DNA from: Gammaproteobacteria bacterium
GTDB taxonomy: Bacteria; Pseudomonadota; Gammaproteobacteria; Steroidobacterales; PWYM01
DNA: 64,000 nt
Assembly: GCA_007693855.1 (NCBI GenBank)
Contig: RECU01000035.1
Location: forward strand, 11,600 to 75,599
Direction of reading: 5' to 3'
Shown here: piece after piece, positions 1 through 9,176 of the stretch
Numbering within the stretch: position 1 is the stretch's first letter
Layout of the letters: each line of letters opens with the position of its first letter
Notes under the pieces: model-generated
Seen by the model: the letters and a program-made list of their open reading frames with translations, nothing else
The model's database searches: none
Told to the model about the DNA's origin: nothing
Position numbers and translations under genes: made by a program

Positions 1-504
1 CTGCCGCGCGAGCCGTTCGCCGTTATCCGCCATACGAACCTCGGCTGGATCCGCAACGTGCAGGCCAACGCAGGCTTGATGCGCTGTGTCTTCCAGTTGA
101 CCGATGAAGAGCCTGAGTTCGGCGCCCTGGTGCATGCCACCAACCGGGATTGGTACGAACGGGTAGCCCGCAGCGTATTGCGCAACCACCCGGCCGGTGC
201 CGCCGATCCGGCAGCGGCCCTGTTCGCCGCCTGCGCGCTGGGCGGCATGATGGACGACCTGATGCGCCGACTGGTGGTCTATCCGGACGCGGCGTTCGTC
301 GATTTCCTGACCACGGAGGCGCCCGGCGACGAGGCGCTGGCCGAAGCGCTGGCCGTGGTGTGGCTGCGCGTGCTGTATCCGGCGCTTGCGCCGCCTGCCG
401 GGTTGGCCCCGCTGGCCTCGGCGCTGGCGGCGCTGGGGCAGGGCGGGGCAGAGGCCACTGCTGTCAGGCCCCGCCGACCTGCGGGAACGCGCCGGCGGCC
501 GTAA
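1..504 (+). CDS. TetR-family-like regulator, C-terminal domain only (5' end lies outside the window)
   Basis: Frame 1 is open from base 1 to the TAA at 502-504. The sequence is a helical Ala/Leu-rich domain resembling TetR C-terminal ligand domains. The HTH would be off-window. It overlaps the next gene convergently by 41 nt. Confidence 0.4.
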   Translation: MPREPFAVIRHTNLGWIRNVQANAGLMRCVFQLTDEEPEFGALVHATNRDWYERVARSVLRNHPAGAADPAAALFAACALGGMMDDLMRRLVVYPDAAFVDFLTTEAPGDEALAEALAVVWLRVLYPALAPPAGLAPLASALAALGQGGAEATAVRPRRPAGTRRRP

Positions 505-1240
505 GCCGGGCGACTGCTGCAATCATCTGTTCGGCCTCGGCTGCCAGTGCCGCCTCCAGGGGCTCGGTGCGGCGTGCAGCCTGTACCCGCTTGTAGGCCT
601 CCAGTGTGGCCGGCGGCAGCGTAAGCAGCGAATGGACGCGAGCCTCGAGCGCCGTTTCCAGGGTATCGTCGGCAAGCGTGTCAGCGCAGACGCCGAGGGC
701 CAGCAGGCGCTGCGTGTCCAGCGCTTCGCCGCTCAACAGGATCTCCAGTGCCTGCTGATCGCCGAGGCGATCAGCCAGCAGCCAGGTGGCGCCGCCACTG
801 GGGAACAGGGCGTGGCGCGCTTCCGGAAACCGCAGCCGTGCCGTCTCGCTCCACAGGGTGAAGTCCGCGTTCAGCGGCCAGCTGGCGCCCGCACCGATGG
901 CCCATCCGCGTACCGCGCAGACCACCGGGCAGCGGCCCAGCATGATGTGCCGCGTGATGTCCTGCAGCCGCGTCACCATCTTCTTCACAGCGACGGCATC
1001 TGCGGCGGTGGCGGGGAGTTCATCGAGGTCGTCACCAGAGGAGAACACCTCGCCGGCGGCGGTCAGCACGATGACCCGCACGTCAGGGTCGCGCTGGGCG
1101 CTGCCGAGGGCTGCTGCCAACGCCTCGAGCATTGCAGCGTTGATGGCATTACGCCGTGCCGGACGGTTGAGGGTGATGCGGGCCACGCCGTTGCCGCGCT
1201 CGTCGAGAATGGGGTGCAAGGCAGTCTCCGTGGCAGTCAC
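464..1240 (-). CDS. enoyl-CoA hydratase/isomerase (crotonase) family protein
   Basis: 258 aa with a GTG start. The crotonase N-terminal pattern is present: 'GVARITLNRPARRNAINAAML...LTAAGEVFSSGDDL'. Confidence 0.85.
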   Translation of the reverse strand: MTATETALHPILDERGNGVARITLNRPARRNAINAAMLEALAAALGSAQRDPDVRVIVLTAAGEVFSSGDDLDELPATAADAVAVKKMVTRLQDITRHIMLGRCPVVCAVRGWAIGAGASWPLNADFTLWSETARLRFPEARHALFPSGGATWLLADRLGDQQALEILLSGEALDTQRLLALGVCADTLADDTLETALEARVHSLLTLPPATLEAYKRVQAARRTEPLEAALAAEAEQMIAAVARLTAAGAFPQVGGA

Positions 1241-1271
1241 GCACTGAACGGTGGATTGAAATTGAATTTGA

Positions 1272-1299
1272 CCTCATATTAACATCCGTGCCTCATATT
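1272..1299. repeat. direct repeat CCTCATATT x2 (1272-1280 and 1291-1299) in an AT-rich divergent promoter region
   Basis: Read directly. It sits in the 75-nt gap between the divergent hydratase (start 1240) and MFS (start 1316) genes. Tandem ATTGAA ATTGAA at 1255-1266 and TTGACC at 1268-1273 lie just upstream. Confidence 0.5.
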
Positions 1300-1315
1300 C
1301 GGGAGAGCTGTCCAG

Positions 1316-2641
1316 GTGAGCCGAGTGCCGCGGTCGATCGCCATTGCCTACAGCACCGGCTCGCTGGGCACGGGCATGTACCTGACAGTGCCCAGTGTGC
1401 TGCTGCTGTTCTACCTGACCGAGGTGCTGGCGGTGGCGCCGGCACTCGCAGGACTGGCGGTATTCCTGCCGCGACTCTGGGACGTCATTACCGATCCTGC
1501 CATGGGCTGGATCAGCGACCGCACGCGCTCGCCGCTGGGTCGGCGGCGACCGTGGATGCTGGCCGGCGGTGTACTGACCGGTGTCAGCCTGGTCCTGCTG
1601 TTCAATGCGCCAGCCTCCGCGACCGGGAGCGCTGGCTTCGTCTGGGTGCTCGCGGTCTACATTCTGAGCGCGACAGCCTACACGCTGTTCGCCGTGCCCT
1701 ATCTCTCCATGCCGGCGGAGATGAGCGAGTCGGCGGAGGTTCGCAGCGGGATCATGGCCTGGCGGATGACGTTCGCCATGGCGGGCGTGCTCGTCGGCTC
1801 GGCGCTTGCGCCGTTGCTGCTCGAGGCTTTCGGTGGCGGCCGTGCGGGTTTCTCGGGGATGGCCTGGGTGCTTGGGCCGCTATGCGCGCTGGCCATGCTG
1901 GCGGCTTTTTTCGGGACTGCGCGTGCCCCGGTGATCGCCAGCGCGCGGCTGGGGGCCACGCCGGGCGGCAGCTTCCGTGATGCCCTGGTCAACCGACCGT
2001 TTCGCCTGCTCGCGTTCGCCTACATCCTGCAGCTCGGGGGCCTGGGCACGTTCACCGCGGCAACACCGTATTTCGTGACCTACATTGCCGGGCGCAGCGA
2101 AGGCGCCATCGCGACGCTGTTCGTGGCGCTGCTGGGCGGGACACTGATGTCCATGGCAGGCTGGCATCTGCTGGCGCGGCGCATCGGCAAGCCCCGCGCC
2201 TATGTCGTCGCGGCGGTGCTGGCCGCCAGCGGCCTGGCCGGCATTTTCCTGCTCGCCGAACCAGGGGCGTGGACGCCGGTGGTCTGGCTCACGGCACTGG
2301 TGGGTATCGGCTTCGGCGGCTTGCAGCTGCTGCCCTTCGCCATGCTGACCGACGTGATTCACGCGGCCCGCAGCAACGGGTGCGATCTCGCCGGCATCCT
2401 CACCGGTGCGTGGACCGCGGTCGAAAAAGGTGCACTCGCGCTCGGTCCGGCGATTCTCGGTCTGCTGCTGTCGCTGGGTGGTTTCATCAGTGGCCTGGCG
2501 GTCCAGCAGGAGAGTGCGGCGCTCGCCATCCGCGCAGGCCTCGCCGGGTTTCCGGCCCTACTGGTACTGGCCAGCGTACCGGTGCTGCTGCATCAGCACC
2601 GGTTGCAGCTGAAAGCCGTGTTGGCCGCTAGGCCTGTGTGA
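1316..2641 (+). CDS. MFS transporter, glycoside-pentoside-hexuronide (GPH):cation symporter family
   Basis: 441 aa and polytopic. The GPH signature is 'DVITDPAMGWISDRTRSPLGRRRPW'. GTG start, with GGGAGAG RBS at 1301-1307. Confidence 0.85.
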   Translation: MSRVPRSIAIAYSTGSLGTGMYLTVPSVLLLFYLTEVLAVAPALAGLAVFLPRLWDVITDPAMGWISDRTRSPLGRRRPWMLAGGVLTGVSLVLLFNAPASATGSAGFVWVLAVYILSATAYTLFAVPYLSMPAEMSESAEVRSGIMAWRMTFAMAGVLVGSALAPLLLEAFGGGRAGFSGMAWVLGPLCALAMLAAFFGTARAPVIASARLGATPGGSFRDALVNRPFRLLAFAYILQLGGLGTFTAATPYFVTYIAGRSEGAIATLFVALLGGTLMSMAGWHLLARRIGKPRAYVVAAVLAASGLAGIFLLAEPGAWTPVVWLTALVGIGFGGLQLLPFAMLTDVIHAARSNGCDLAGILTGAWTAVEKGALALGPAILGLLLSLGGFISGLAVQQESAALAIRAGLAGFPALLVLASVPVLLHQHRLQLKAVLAARPV

Positions 2642-3402
2642 CCGCGGCCGCGATGCGCTGGCCGATGAGTCGGCCGAAGCTCAATGCTGGCGTCACCATC
2701 ATGCCACCGCAGAAGGCCTTGCCCATCAGCTGGCCGGAGCCCAGAAGCTCGCCGGCCGCGTAGAGATTCGGGATCGGCTGACCGTCGCCGCGCAGCACCC
2801 GCAGCTGATCATCGACGGCCAGACCGACCGTGGAGGTGACCGAGTAGCCCTGCATGCGGATGGCATGGAACGCGCCTTCACCGATGGGCCGCGGCAGGTG
2901 GCGGCGTCCCAGCGGGTCCTCGCCACGCGCGACGGCGAGGTTGTAACCGCTGAGGCTGCGCTCGAGGCCGGCGACATCGATGCCTGTCTGCTGCGCCAGC
3001 GCCGCAGCACTGTCGGCCCGGAAAAACATCGGGTGGCTGTCGAACAGCGCGCGCAGCGCCTCCCGCGAAAAGCCCATCAGGCCCACCGGTGCCTGTTCGA
3101 GAATGGCCACGCTCGAGTTCCGGGCGCAGTGCCTCGATCAGCACGGCCAGCACGGAATGCCCGTTGCGTTCGCCCCAGTAGTGGCGCGGCACGCTGTAGG
3201 GTTCATGGGCCAGGCCGGTCACCGGGTGATCGGGCAGCATGGGAAAGCCGCGGCTCATCAGCCAGTCGAAGCTGGCGGCCGCCTCGTCGACCGCCAGGCG
3301 TGAAACCAGCGGCATGACTTTAGCACCGTATTGTTGCGCCGAGCCGCCGCACCCAGCACCATCATGCCCACGCAACGCGACCGCCAGCTCGGGTGATCGC
3401 AC
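2628..3402 (-). pseudogene. decayed paralog of the adjacent FAD flavoprotein gene (frameshifted, with internal deletions)
   Basis: Two ORFs in different frames cover this region. ORF 2878-3402 carries a GxGxxG remnant 'GAGCGGSAQQYGAKV' plus 'FDWLMSRGF...GLAHEPYSVPRHYWGERNGHSVLAVLIEAL'. ORF 2628-3110 carries 'DSHPMFF...GEDPLGR...VDDQLRVLRGDGQPIPNLYAAGELLGSG...TPALSFGRLIG'. These align by eye to separate N- and C-terminal segments of the intact 3432-4973 product. Roughly half of the length is missing. Confidence 0.6.
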
Positions 3403-3431
3403 AACAGCATCAGTCAGGGAGAGTGTCGCGG

Positions 3432-4973
3432 ATGAAAAGAATCATGACGAGGGCTGCTGGTGCCGGCGTGACTCGTCGGGGACTGCTGCAGGGCACCGGT
3501 GCGGCGCTGTCTCTGGCGGCCCTGGGCGCAACCCCGAGCCGGGCCTTTGCCGAGCGGCGCTGGGACCTGGTGATCATCGGCGGCGGGACGGCCGGCCTGC
3601 CGGCGGCCATCGAAGCCGCGGCGCGCGGCGCGCGCGTGCTGGTCATCGACAAGGCCCCGCAACTCGGCGGCACGCTGCACGTCTCGACTGGCCAGATGTC
3701 AGGGGCGGGCACGGTGTTCCAGGCCCGGGCCGGCATCGAGGATTCCGCCGAAGCCCACTATGCTGATGCAATGCGCATCAATCGCAATACCGGCGACCCG
3801 GCGATCACGCGGTTGTGGACGCAGCATGCGGGCGAGACGCTGAACTGGCTGGCCGAACACGGTTTCGACATCGGCGAGGACCAGCCGGTGTACGGCCAGG
3901 CGCATGAGCCCTACGAGACCCGGCGCTATCTGTGGGCGCCGGAGGGCGGCCGCGCGATTCTCGAGGTGCTGCTGCGCCTGCTCGAGCCCCATGTGGCCGC
4001 CGGCCGTGTCGAGCTGATGCTCAGCACCGGTGCGGTCGAGCTGATCAAGACACGCCAGGGCCGCGTGACCGGCGTCGTGGTCGAGGACGAGGACGGTCGG
4101 CGACAGGACGTGCAGAGTGCCGAGGTGCTGCTGGCCGCCGGCGGGTGCGCCGCCAATCCCCGGATGTACGAGGATCTGCATGGTGTGCCCCTGTACTGCC
4201 AGGCCGCCTGGCCGTACAGCCAGGGTCAAGGGCTCATGCTCGGGCTTGGCGCGGGCGGCCAGCTGCACGGGGGCGACCGCTACCTCGGGCTGTTCGGCGC
4301 CGTCATGGCAGACACCTGGACCCCTGCCGGGCTGGACTTCAGCCTGGGGCTTTACGCCGACAGCCGTCCGCCCTGGGAGCTGTACGTCAACGTCCACGGC
4401 CAGCGCTTCATCCGCGAGGACGAGGCGAGCGTGCACGAGCGCGAGCTGGCCCTGGACGACCAGCCGGGCCACCGCTTCTGGGTGGTATTCGACGAGGCGA
4501 CGCTTGCGAATGCGCCCTCACTGGTGCCCGGCTGGAGCGAGGCGCGGCTGCGCGAGCGCTTCGAGGATCATCCGATGCTGTTCTCGGCACCGACGCTCGC
4601 CTCGCTGGCCCTGCGTGCCGGCATCCATCCGCGCGGGCTCGAAGCCAGCGTCGCCGAATACAATGCCCGCCGGGAAGCCGGTGCGGCCGACCCGCTGGGG
4701 CGCGAATACCGGCCCGTGTCGCTGGACCAAGGGCCCTACTACGCGATCCAGTGCCAGGGCTGGACGCTGGTGTCGTTCGCGGGGCTGATGGTCGACGACA
4801 GCCTGCGCGTGCTCGATGCCGACGGTCAGCCGATTCCGGGCTTGACTGCTGCGGGCGAGATCCTCGGCGCGGGCGCGACCTCCGGCAAGGGCTATGTCGG
4901 CGGCGCGCTGGTCACGCCGGCGCTGGCCTTTGGTCGGCTGCTGGGGGCCAGGCTGGCTGCGGGAAGCGCGTGA
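3432..4973 (+). CDS. Tat-exported FAD-dependent oxidoreductase (fumarate reductase/succinate dehydrogenase flavoprotein-like, KstD-like family)
   Basis: Twin-arginine leader 'TRRGLLQGTGAALSLAALGATPSRAFA'. FAD Rossmann motif 'DLVIIGGGTAGLPAAIEAAARGARVLVIDK'. C-terminal 'AAGEILGAG...TPALAFGR'. The ATG at 3432 with GGGAGAG upstream is preferred over the ORF-track start at 3393. Confidence 0.85.
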   Translation: MKRIMTRAAGAGVTRRGLLQGTGAALSLAALGATPSRAFAERRWDLVIIGGGTAGLPAAIEAAARGARVLVIDKAPQLGGTLHVSTGQMSGAGTVFQARAGIEDSAEAHYADAMRINRNTGDPAITRLWTQHAGETLNWLAEHGFDIGEDQPVYGQAHEPYETRRYLWAPEGGRAILEVLLRLLEPHVAAGRVELMLSTGAVELIKTRQGRVTGVVVEDEDGRRQDVQSAEVLLAAGGCAANPRMYEDLHGVPLYCQAAWPYSQGQGLMLGLGAGGQLHGGDRYLGLFGAVMADTWTPAGLDFSLGLYADSRPPWELYVNVHGQRFIREDEASVHERELALDDQPGHRFWVVFDEATLANAPSLVPGWSEARLRERFEDHPMLFSAPTLASLALRAGIHPRGLEASVAEYNARREAGAADPLGREYRPVSLDQGPYYAIQCQGWTLVSFAGLMVDDSLRVLDADGQPIPGLTAAGEILGAGATSGKGYVGGALVTPALAFGRLLGARLAAGSA

Positions 4974-5000
4974 TATTGCGGGTGTCACCAGAGGAGATCG

Positions 5001-5507
5001 ATGATGCAACGACTGAATGCCGTGCTTGCTGCCTTGACCCTGTCTTTGCTCGTTACCGGGTGGGCTGCGCGCGCTGATACGCCCGCGGCCGAGACCGAGG
5101 CCGCGCGCATCGAGGCCGCGGCCTATGCCTGGATCGAGGCGTTTACGGCAGGTGACCTTGATGCGCTGATGACCCTGTATCACCCGGAGGTGCTGGTGGC
5201 ACTGAACGGCCAGCCGGCGATGCGGGGGATCGATGAGGTGCGGGAGTACTTCGCGCCCAGGGTCGGCATGGGCGAGCCCCTGTTCGAACTCGACATCGAA
5301 CGGATCGAAGTCACCGGCGACGAGGCGCACCTGCTCAGCGCCTACTGGTTCGCGCTCGACCTGCCGGATGCGCCCGCGTATTTCGAGACCGGTCGTTCTC
5401 TGCTGCTGTACCGTCGGGATGCTGGCGGCCGCTGGCTCATCTATCTCGACATTGACCAGCAGACGCCGGATGTCCAGTGGCCGTCACCCTCAGGGTTCGG
5501 TCCCTGA
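5001..5507 (+). CDS. secreted SnoaL-like / DUF4440 (NTF2-fold) protein
   Basis: Signal peptide 'MMQRLNAVLAALTLSLLVTGWAARA'. 'AAYAWIEAFTAGDLDALMTLYHPEV...' is typical of the NTF2-like/DUF4440 fold. GAGGAG RBS at 4991-4996. Confidence 0.6.
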   Translation: MMQRLNAVLAALTLSLLVTGWAARADTPAAETEAARIEAAAYAWIEAFTAGDLDALMTLYHPEVLVALNGQPAMRGIDEVREYFAPRVGMGEPLFELDIERIEVTGDEAHLLSAYWFALDLPDAPAYFETGRSLLLYRRDAGGRWLIYLDIDQQTPDVQWPSPSGFGP

Positions 5508-5537
5508 TTCCCGCGATGGGCATGCCGCGACTGGCGT

Positions 5538-5963
5538 ATGCTCTACGCCATGGACGCATTGTTTCGATACTGTCTGCTGCAGGTGCCCGGCCTGCTGTTT
5601 CTGATCGCGCTGCTCGGGCTGGCGCTGCATCGCGGGTGGATCGGTGTGGCCACCGCCAGTCTCGTGGTGGGCCTGTGGCTGCTGAAGGATGTGCTGCTCT
5701 ATCGCTTCTACCGGCCATCGCTGGAGGATGGCCCACGGGTGGCCACCGAGCTGTTGCTCGGTCAGCGTGGCGAGGTCATCCGCACGCTGTCGCCGGTCGG
5801 TCTCGCCTGGATCGGCGGAGAATCGTGGACGGTGCGCATGCCGGATGACACCACGCTCGAGGTGGGGCGGCAGGTTCGCGTGGTCGCGGCCAGCGGGCTG
5901 ACGCTGATTGTTGAACCTGAGGGTGAGCCGGGCGTCACGCCTGGGGCTGTCGCCGAACACTGA
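5538..5963 (+). CDS. NfeD-family membrane protein (C-terminal OB-fold type)
   Basis: 141 aa. Two or three N-terminal TM helices are followed by 'LLGQRGEVIRTLSPVGLAWIGGESWTVRMPDD...GRQVRVVAASGLTLIVEP', the NfeD C-terminal pattern. Confidence 0.65.
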   Translation: MLYAMDALFRYCLLQVPGLLFLIALLGLALHRGWIGVATASLVVGLWLLKDVLLYRFYRPSLEDGPRVATELLLGQRGEVIRTLSPVGLAWIGGESWTVRMPDDTTLEVGRQVRVVAASGLTLIVEPEGEPGVTPGAVAEH

Positions 5964-6000
5964 CCGGCCACCGCTGGCGGGCCGTTAGTCTGGATCAGGG

Positions 6001-7683
6001 TCAGCGACCCCCGAACAGCGTGAGCAGCCATAGCAGCCCACCGACGGCGAGCAGGGCCAGTCCGGCCACGGGGAGTCGCCGTTGCAGGGCCTCCAGCTGC
6101 AGCAGCTGCGCGACCAGCCGCGAGGCCTGCCCCGGCGTGTGCGGGGTGTCGTCCTCGTCGTCGGACGCCTCCGTGCGCGTGCCGTTTGCCCGACGCAGCC
6201 GCCCTCCCAGCAGCGATACCAGTCGCTCGATTGGCACCACGAGATCGCCTTCGGGCAGGCGGACCGCGGCGCCCGACAGCCGCGTCCAGGCGAGCACCAG
6301 CAGCGCGGCCAGGCCGAGTGGCCAGAGGCTGGCGAGCAGCTTGTCTGGCGCGAACTCCAGCGCCAACCCGCCTGCCAATGCGTAGACCCAAGGCACCAGT
6401 ACTCCGGCGACGACCAGCAGCGGCCAGGCCGGATGCAGCCCGATGCTTCGGTCTGTCTGCGTTCGCGCCAGGCCGAAGGCCTTCCACATCAGCAGCGCCG
6501 TGGCGGTCGAGGTCAGCGAGAGCACGAGGCTGACCAGCGGCAGGGTCGGTGCGAGGGCGACGAGGTCCTTCAGCGCAGTCTTGGCGAGGTAACCGCTGGT
6601 CAATGGCGCGGCCGCAAGCGCCAGCGTCGGCAGGGCGAACAGCGCCAGCCGCCACGGGCTGGCGCCCGGCGCGCAGCCGCAGGCAAGAAACAGCGAGGCC
6701 TTGTTCAGACCATGATGCAGCGCGAACAGGCCGAGGGCCGCGAGCATCGCCGGGCGTTCACCGGCGACCAGGAAGGCCACCGCGAAGCCTGTGAGTAACA
6801 GGCCCATCTGGCTGATGGTCGAGTAGGCCAATACGGTCTTCAGCCGCGTCTGGCAGAGGCCGAGCGCCACGCCACCGAGAGCCGTTGCCAGCCCCAGCGC
6901 GAGCAGCGCCTGGCCGATGAACTGTGGCTCGCCCTCCAGCGCAGGGACGAAGCGCAGCCAGCCCAGCAGTCCGGCTTTCACGATCACGCCAGAGAGCACC
7001 GCGCTGGCAGGCACCGGCGCCACCGGATGGGCCAGCGGCAGCCACAGGTGCAGCGGCAGGATGCCGAGCTTCACCGCAAAGCCCGCCAACAGCCACCAGC
7101 GTGCGGCAGACTCAGTCACCCAGGCGGGGTTGGCGGCGAGCTCGGCCAGCGGTGCATTGCCCAGGCTGCCGGCAATCAGCAGCAGGCCGACCAGCAGTGC
7201 CCCTTCACCCGCCAGGGCCATGATCAGGTAGACCCGCCCGGCGCGCCAGGCCTCGTCGCTGCCCGGCTGGGTGACCAGCAGATAGGCCGACAGGCTGAGC
7301 AGGGCGTAGCCGACGTAGAAACTCGCCATGTCGCCGGCAAGCAGCAGCAGGTGCATGCCTGCAAGCGCCCCCAGCCAGCCGGTCCAGAACCAGCGTCGGC
7401 CCTCGGTGATCCGGCTGCCTGCGAACCAGCCGGCGGCGCTCCAGGCGAGTGCGGCGAGCACCAGGACCGGTACGACCGTCGCATCGACGCCCAGGCGCAT
7501 GCCGAGCAGCGGCCAGGTGAACTCGCCAGCGCTTCCGGCGACCAGCGGCCAGAGCAACAGCAGGGGTACCCACGGTGCCAGGCGGAGCAGCTGTCCGGCC
7601 AGGCGCACGGCGCCGAGCGCCATGGCGCTCCACAGGCCGAGCAGCAGCGCGAGCGGCACGATGACGGCCACCAGCGCGCTCAT
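6001..7683 (-). CDS. Mrp/complex-I antiporter-like subunit (NuoL / MrpA-N-terminal-like) with a C-terminal lateral-helix-like extension
   Basis: 560 aa. The proton-conducting membrane transporter core is 'AVKLGILPLHLWLPLAHPVAPVPASAVLSGVIVKAGLLG'. The C-terminal tail has an acidic/amphipathic stretch followed by a final TM 'LPVAGLALLAVGGLLWLLTLFGG'. The ATG at 7683 overlaps the upstream stop (ATGA, 7680-7683). The longer track ORF to 8817 is read-through in a GC-rich frame. Confidence 0.8.
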   Translation of the reverse strand: MSALVAVIVPLALLLGLWSAMALGAVRLAGQLLRLAPWVPLLLLWPLVAGSAGEFTWPLLGMRLGVDATVVPVLVLAALAWSAAGWFAGSRITEGRRWFWTGWLGALAGMHLLLLAGDMASFYVGYALLSLSAYLLVTQPGSDEAWRAGRVYLIMALAGEGALLVGLLLIAGSLGNAPLAELAANPAWVTESAARWWLLAGFAVKLGILPLHLWLPLAHPVAPVPASAVLSGVIVKAGLLGWLRFVPALEGEPQFIGQALLALGLATALGGVALGLCQTRLKTVLAYSTISQMGLLLTGFAVAFLVAGERPAMLAALGLFALHHGLNKASLFLACGCAPGASPWRLALFALPTLALAAAPLTSGYLAKTALKDLVALAPTLPLVSLVLSLTSTATALLMWKAFGLARTQTDRSIGLHPAWPLLVVAGVLVPWVYALAGGLALEFAPDKLLASLWPLGLAALLVLAWTRLSGAAVRLPEGDLVVPIERLVSLLGGRLRRANGTRTEASDDEDDTPHTPGQASRLVAQLLQLEALQRRLPVAGLALLAVGGLLWLLTLFGGR

Positions 7684-9176
7684 GGGAAGTACCCCGCGGC
7701 GATGCCGGTGACCCAGTTCAACGGACTGAGCGGATGGCCCGCGAACAGGCCGACCCCCAGCGCCATCGCCGCCACCACCAGCGCCGCGCCCACCATGCCC
7801 CGGACCTCGAGCAGGCTGACCGTCGGGTCCGCCGGCCAGGCCGCGGGCGGCGCATGCAGCCAGATTCGCTTGAGCACCGGCAGAAAATACGCGGCATTGA
7901 GCAGCGTACTGGCCACCAGGATGCCGATCACCCAGTCCATGCCCACGGCCACGGCGCCGGCACCCAGATACCACTTGGTGATGAAGCCTGCGACCGGCGG
8001 CAGGCCGATCATGCCTAGCGCGCCGATGCTGAAACACAGGCTGGTCCAGGGCATGCGCCTGCCCACCCCGTCGAGCTGATCGATCTTCTTGATGCCGAGC
8101 AGGTTGGCGTAGATCCCTGCGCAGAAGAACAGCGCGATCTTCATCAGCCCCTGGTGCACGAGATGGACGATGCCACCGATGGTGGCGATCGGGCCGCCAA
8201 TGCCGATGCCGAGCGCGATGTAGGACACCTGGCTGACGGTCGAGTAGGCCAGGCGTTTCTTGATGTCGCGCTGGTAGAGGGCCAGCACCGAGCCGTAGAG
8301 GATGGTGAAACCGGCGATGATCACCAGCGGCAGGCCGAGCCCGAGGGCGGCGATCAGCTCGGGCCCGTAAATGTCCTCGACCACCCGTACCAGCCCGAAG
8401 GCCCCGGCCTTGACCACGGCCACCGCATGCAGCAGCGCGCTCACCGGGGCTGGCGCGACCATCGCCCGCGGCAGCCAGCTGTGCAGCGGGAACAGGGCGG
8501 CCTTCACGCCCATGCCGATGACCAGCAGTCCGAAAATCACCTTGAGCTGCAGCGTGTACTCGAGCTGCAGGGCGGCCAGTGTGCCGCCGGCAATGAAGTC
8601 CTGGGCACCGGTGAGCCCGTACAGCCAGACCATCCCGACGAGAAACACCGCGCTCGCGCCGAGGGTATGCACGAGATAGGTCCGTGCGCCGGCGAACGCG
8701 GCGCGTGTGCCGCTGTGGATCACCAGTGGCCAGGTGGTCAGCGTCAGCAGCTCGTAGAAGATGAAGAAGGTGAGCAGGTTGCCGGCCATGGCCACGCCCA
8801 TGGTGGCGGTCACGCACAGGCTGAAGAAGCCGAAGAAGCGCGCCCGGTCGGCACCGCGCTCGAGATAGGCGATGGCATAGACGGTGGTCACCAGCCAGAG
8901 CACGGCCGAGAGGGTGGCAAACAGCATGCTCAGCGCATCGGCGCGCAGCACGAGGTCAAGCCCGGGCAGCAGTGCCATGCGGAACTCGGGGGCTTCACCG
9001 CCGAGCACCGCGAGGCCCATGACGCCGACCAGCACGAGCTTCGCGACCGCGGCAAACAGGTTCAGCATGGTGCGCAGGCCCTGGCGCTGCTCGCCGGCCA
9101 TGAAAATGCCGATGCCCGCCAGCGCCGAGACCATCACCACGGCGAGCGGCAGCCAGAACAGCAGCGTGCTGTTCAC
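7680..9176 (-). CDS. mrpD: Mrp antiporter subunit D-like (NuoM/N-like proton-conducting transporter)
   Basis: 498 aa, containing 'GVKAALFPLHSWLPRAMVAPAPVSALLHAVAVVKAGAFG'. The GTG start overlaps the upstream stop (GTGA, 9173-9176). Confidence 0.85.
   Translation of the reverse strand: MNSTLLFWLPLAVVMVSALAGIGIFMAGEQRQGLRTMLNLFAAVAKLVLVGVMGLAVLGGEAPEFRMALLPGLDLVLRADALSMLFATLSAVLWLVTTVYAIAYLERGADRARFFGFFSLCVTATMGVAMAGNLLTFFIFYELLTLTTWPLVIHSGTRAAFAGARTYLVHTLGASAVFLVGMVWLYGLTGAQDFIAGGTLAALQLEYTLQLKVIFGLLVIGMGVKAALFPLHSWLPRAMVAPAPVSALLHAVAVVKAGAFGLVRVVEDIYGPELIAALGLGLPLVIIAGFTILYGSVLALYQRDIKKRLAYSTVSQVSYIALGIGIGGPIATIGGIVHLVHQGLMKIALFFCAGIYANLLGIKKIDQLDGVGRRMPWTSLCFSIGALGMIGLPPVAGFITKWYLGAGAVAVGMDWVIGILVASTLLNAAYFLPVLKRIWLHAPPAAWPADPTVSLLEVRGMVGAALVVAAMALGVGLFAGHPLSPLNWVTGIAAGYFP

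Noticed and set aside
5964-6000. A possible hairpin (GGCC...GGCC) between the convergent NfeD-like gene and the last Mrp gene.
   Set aside because: The stem is imperfect with internal mismatches, so it is too weak to call a terminator.
6001-8817. A 938-aa ORF that appears to fuse the last Mrp gene with sequence overlapping mrpD.
   Set aside because: The N-terminal ~378 residues are Arg/Gly/Pro-rich, low-complexity read-through in an alternative frame of the genuine 7680-9176 gene. The real gene starts at the ATG at 7683, which forms an ATGA overlap with the upstream stop.
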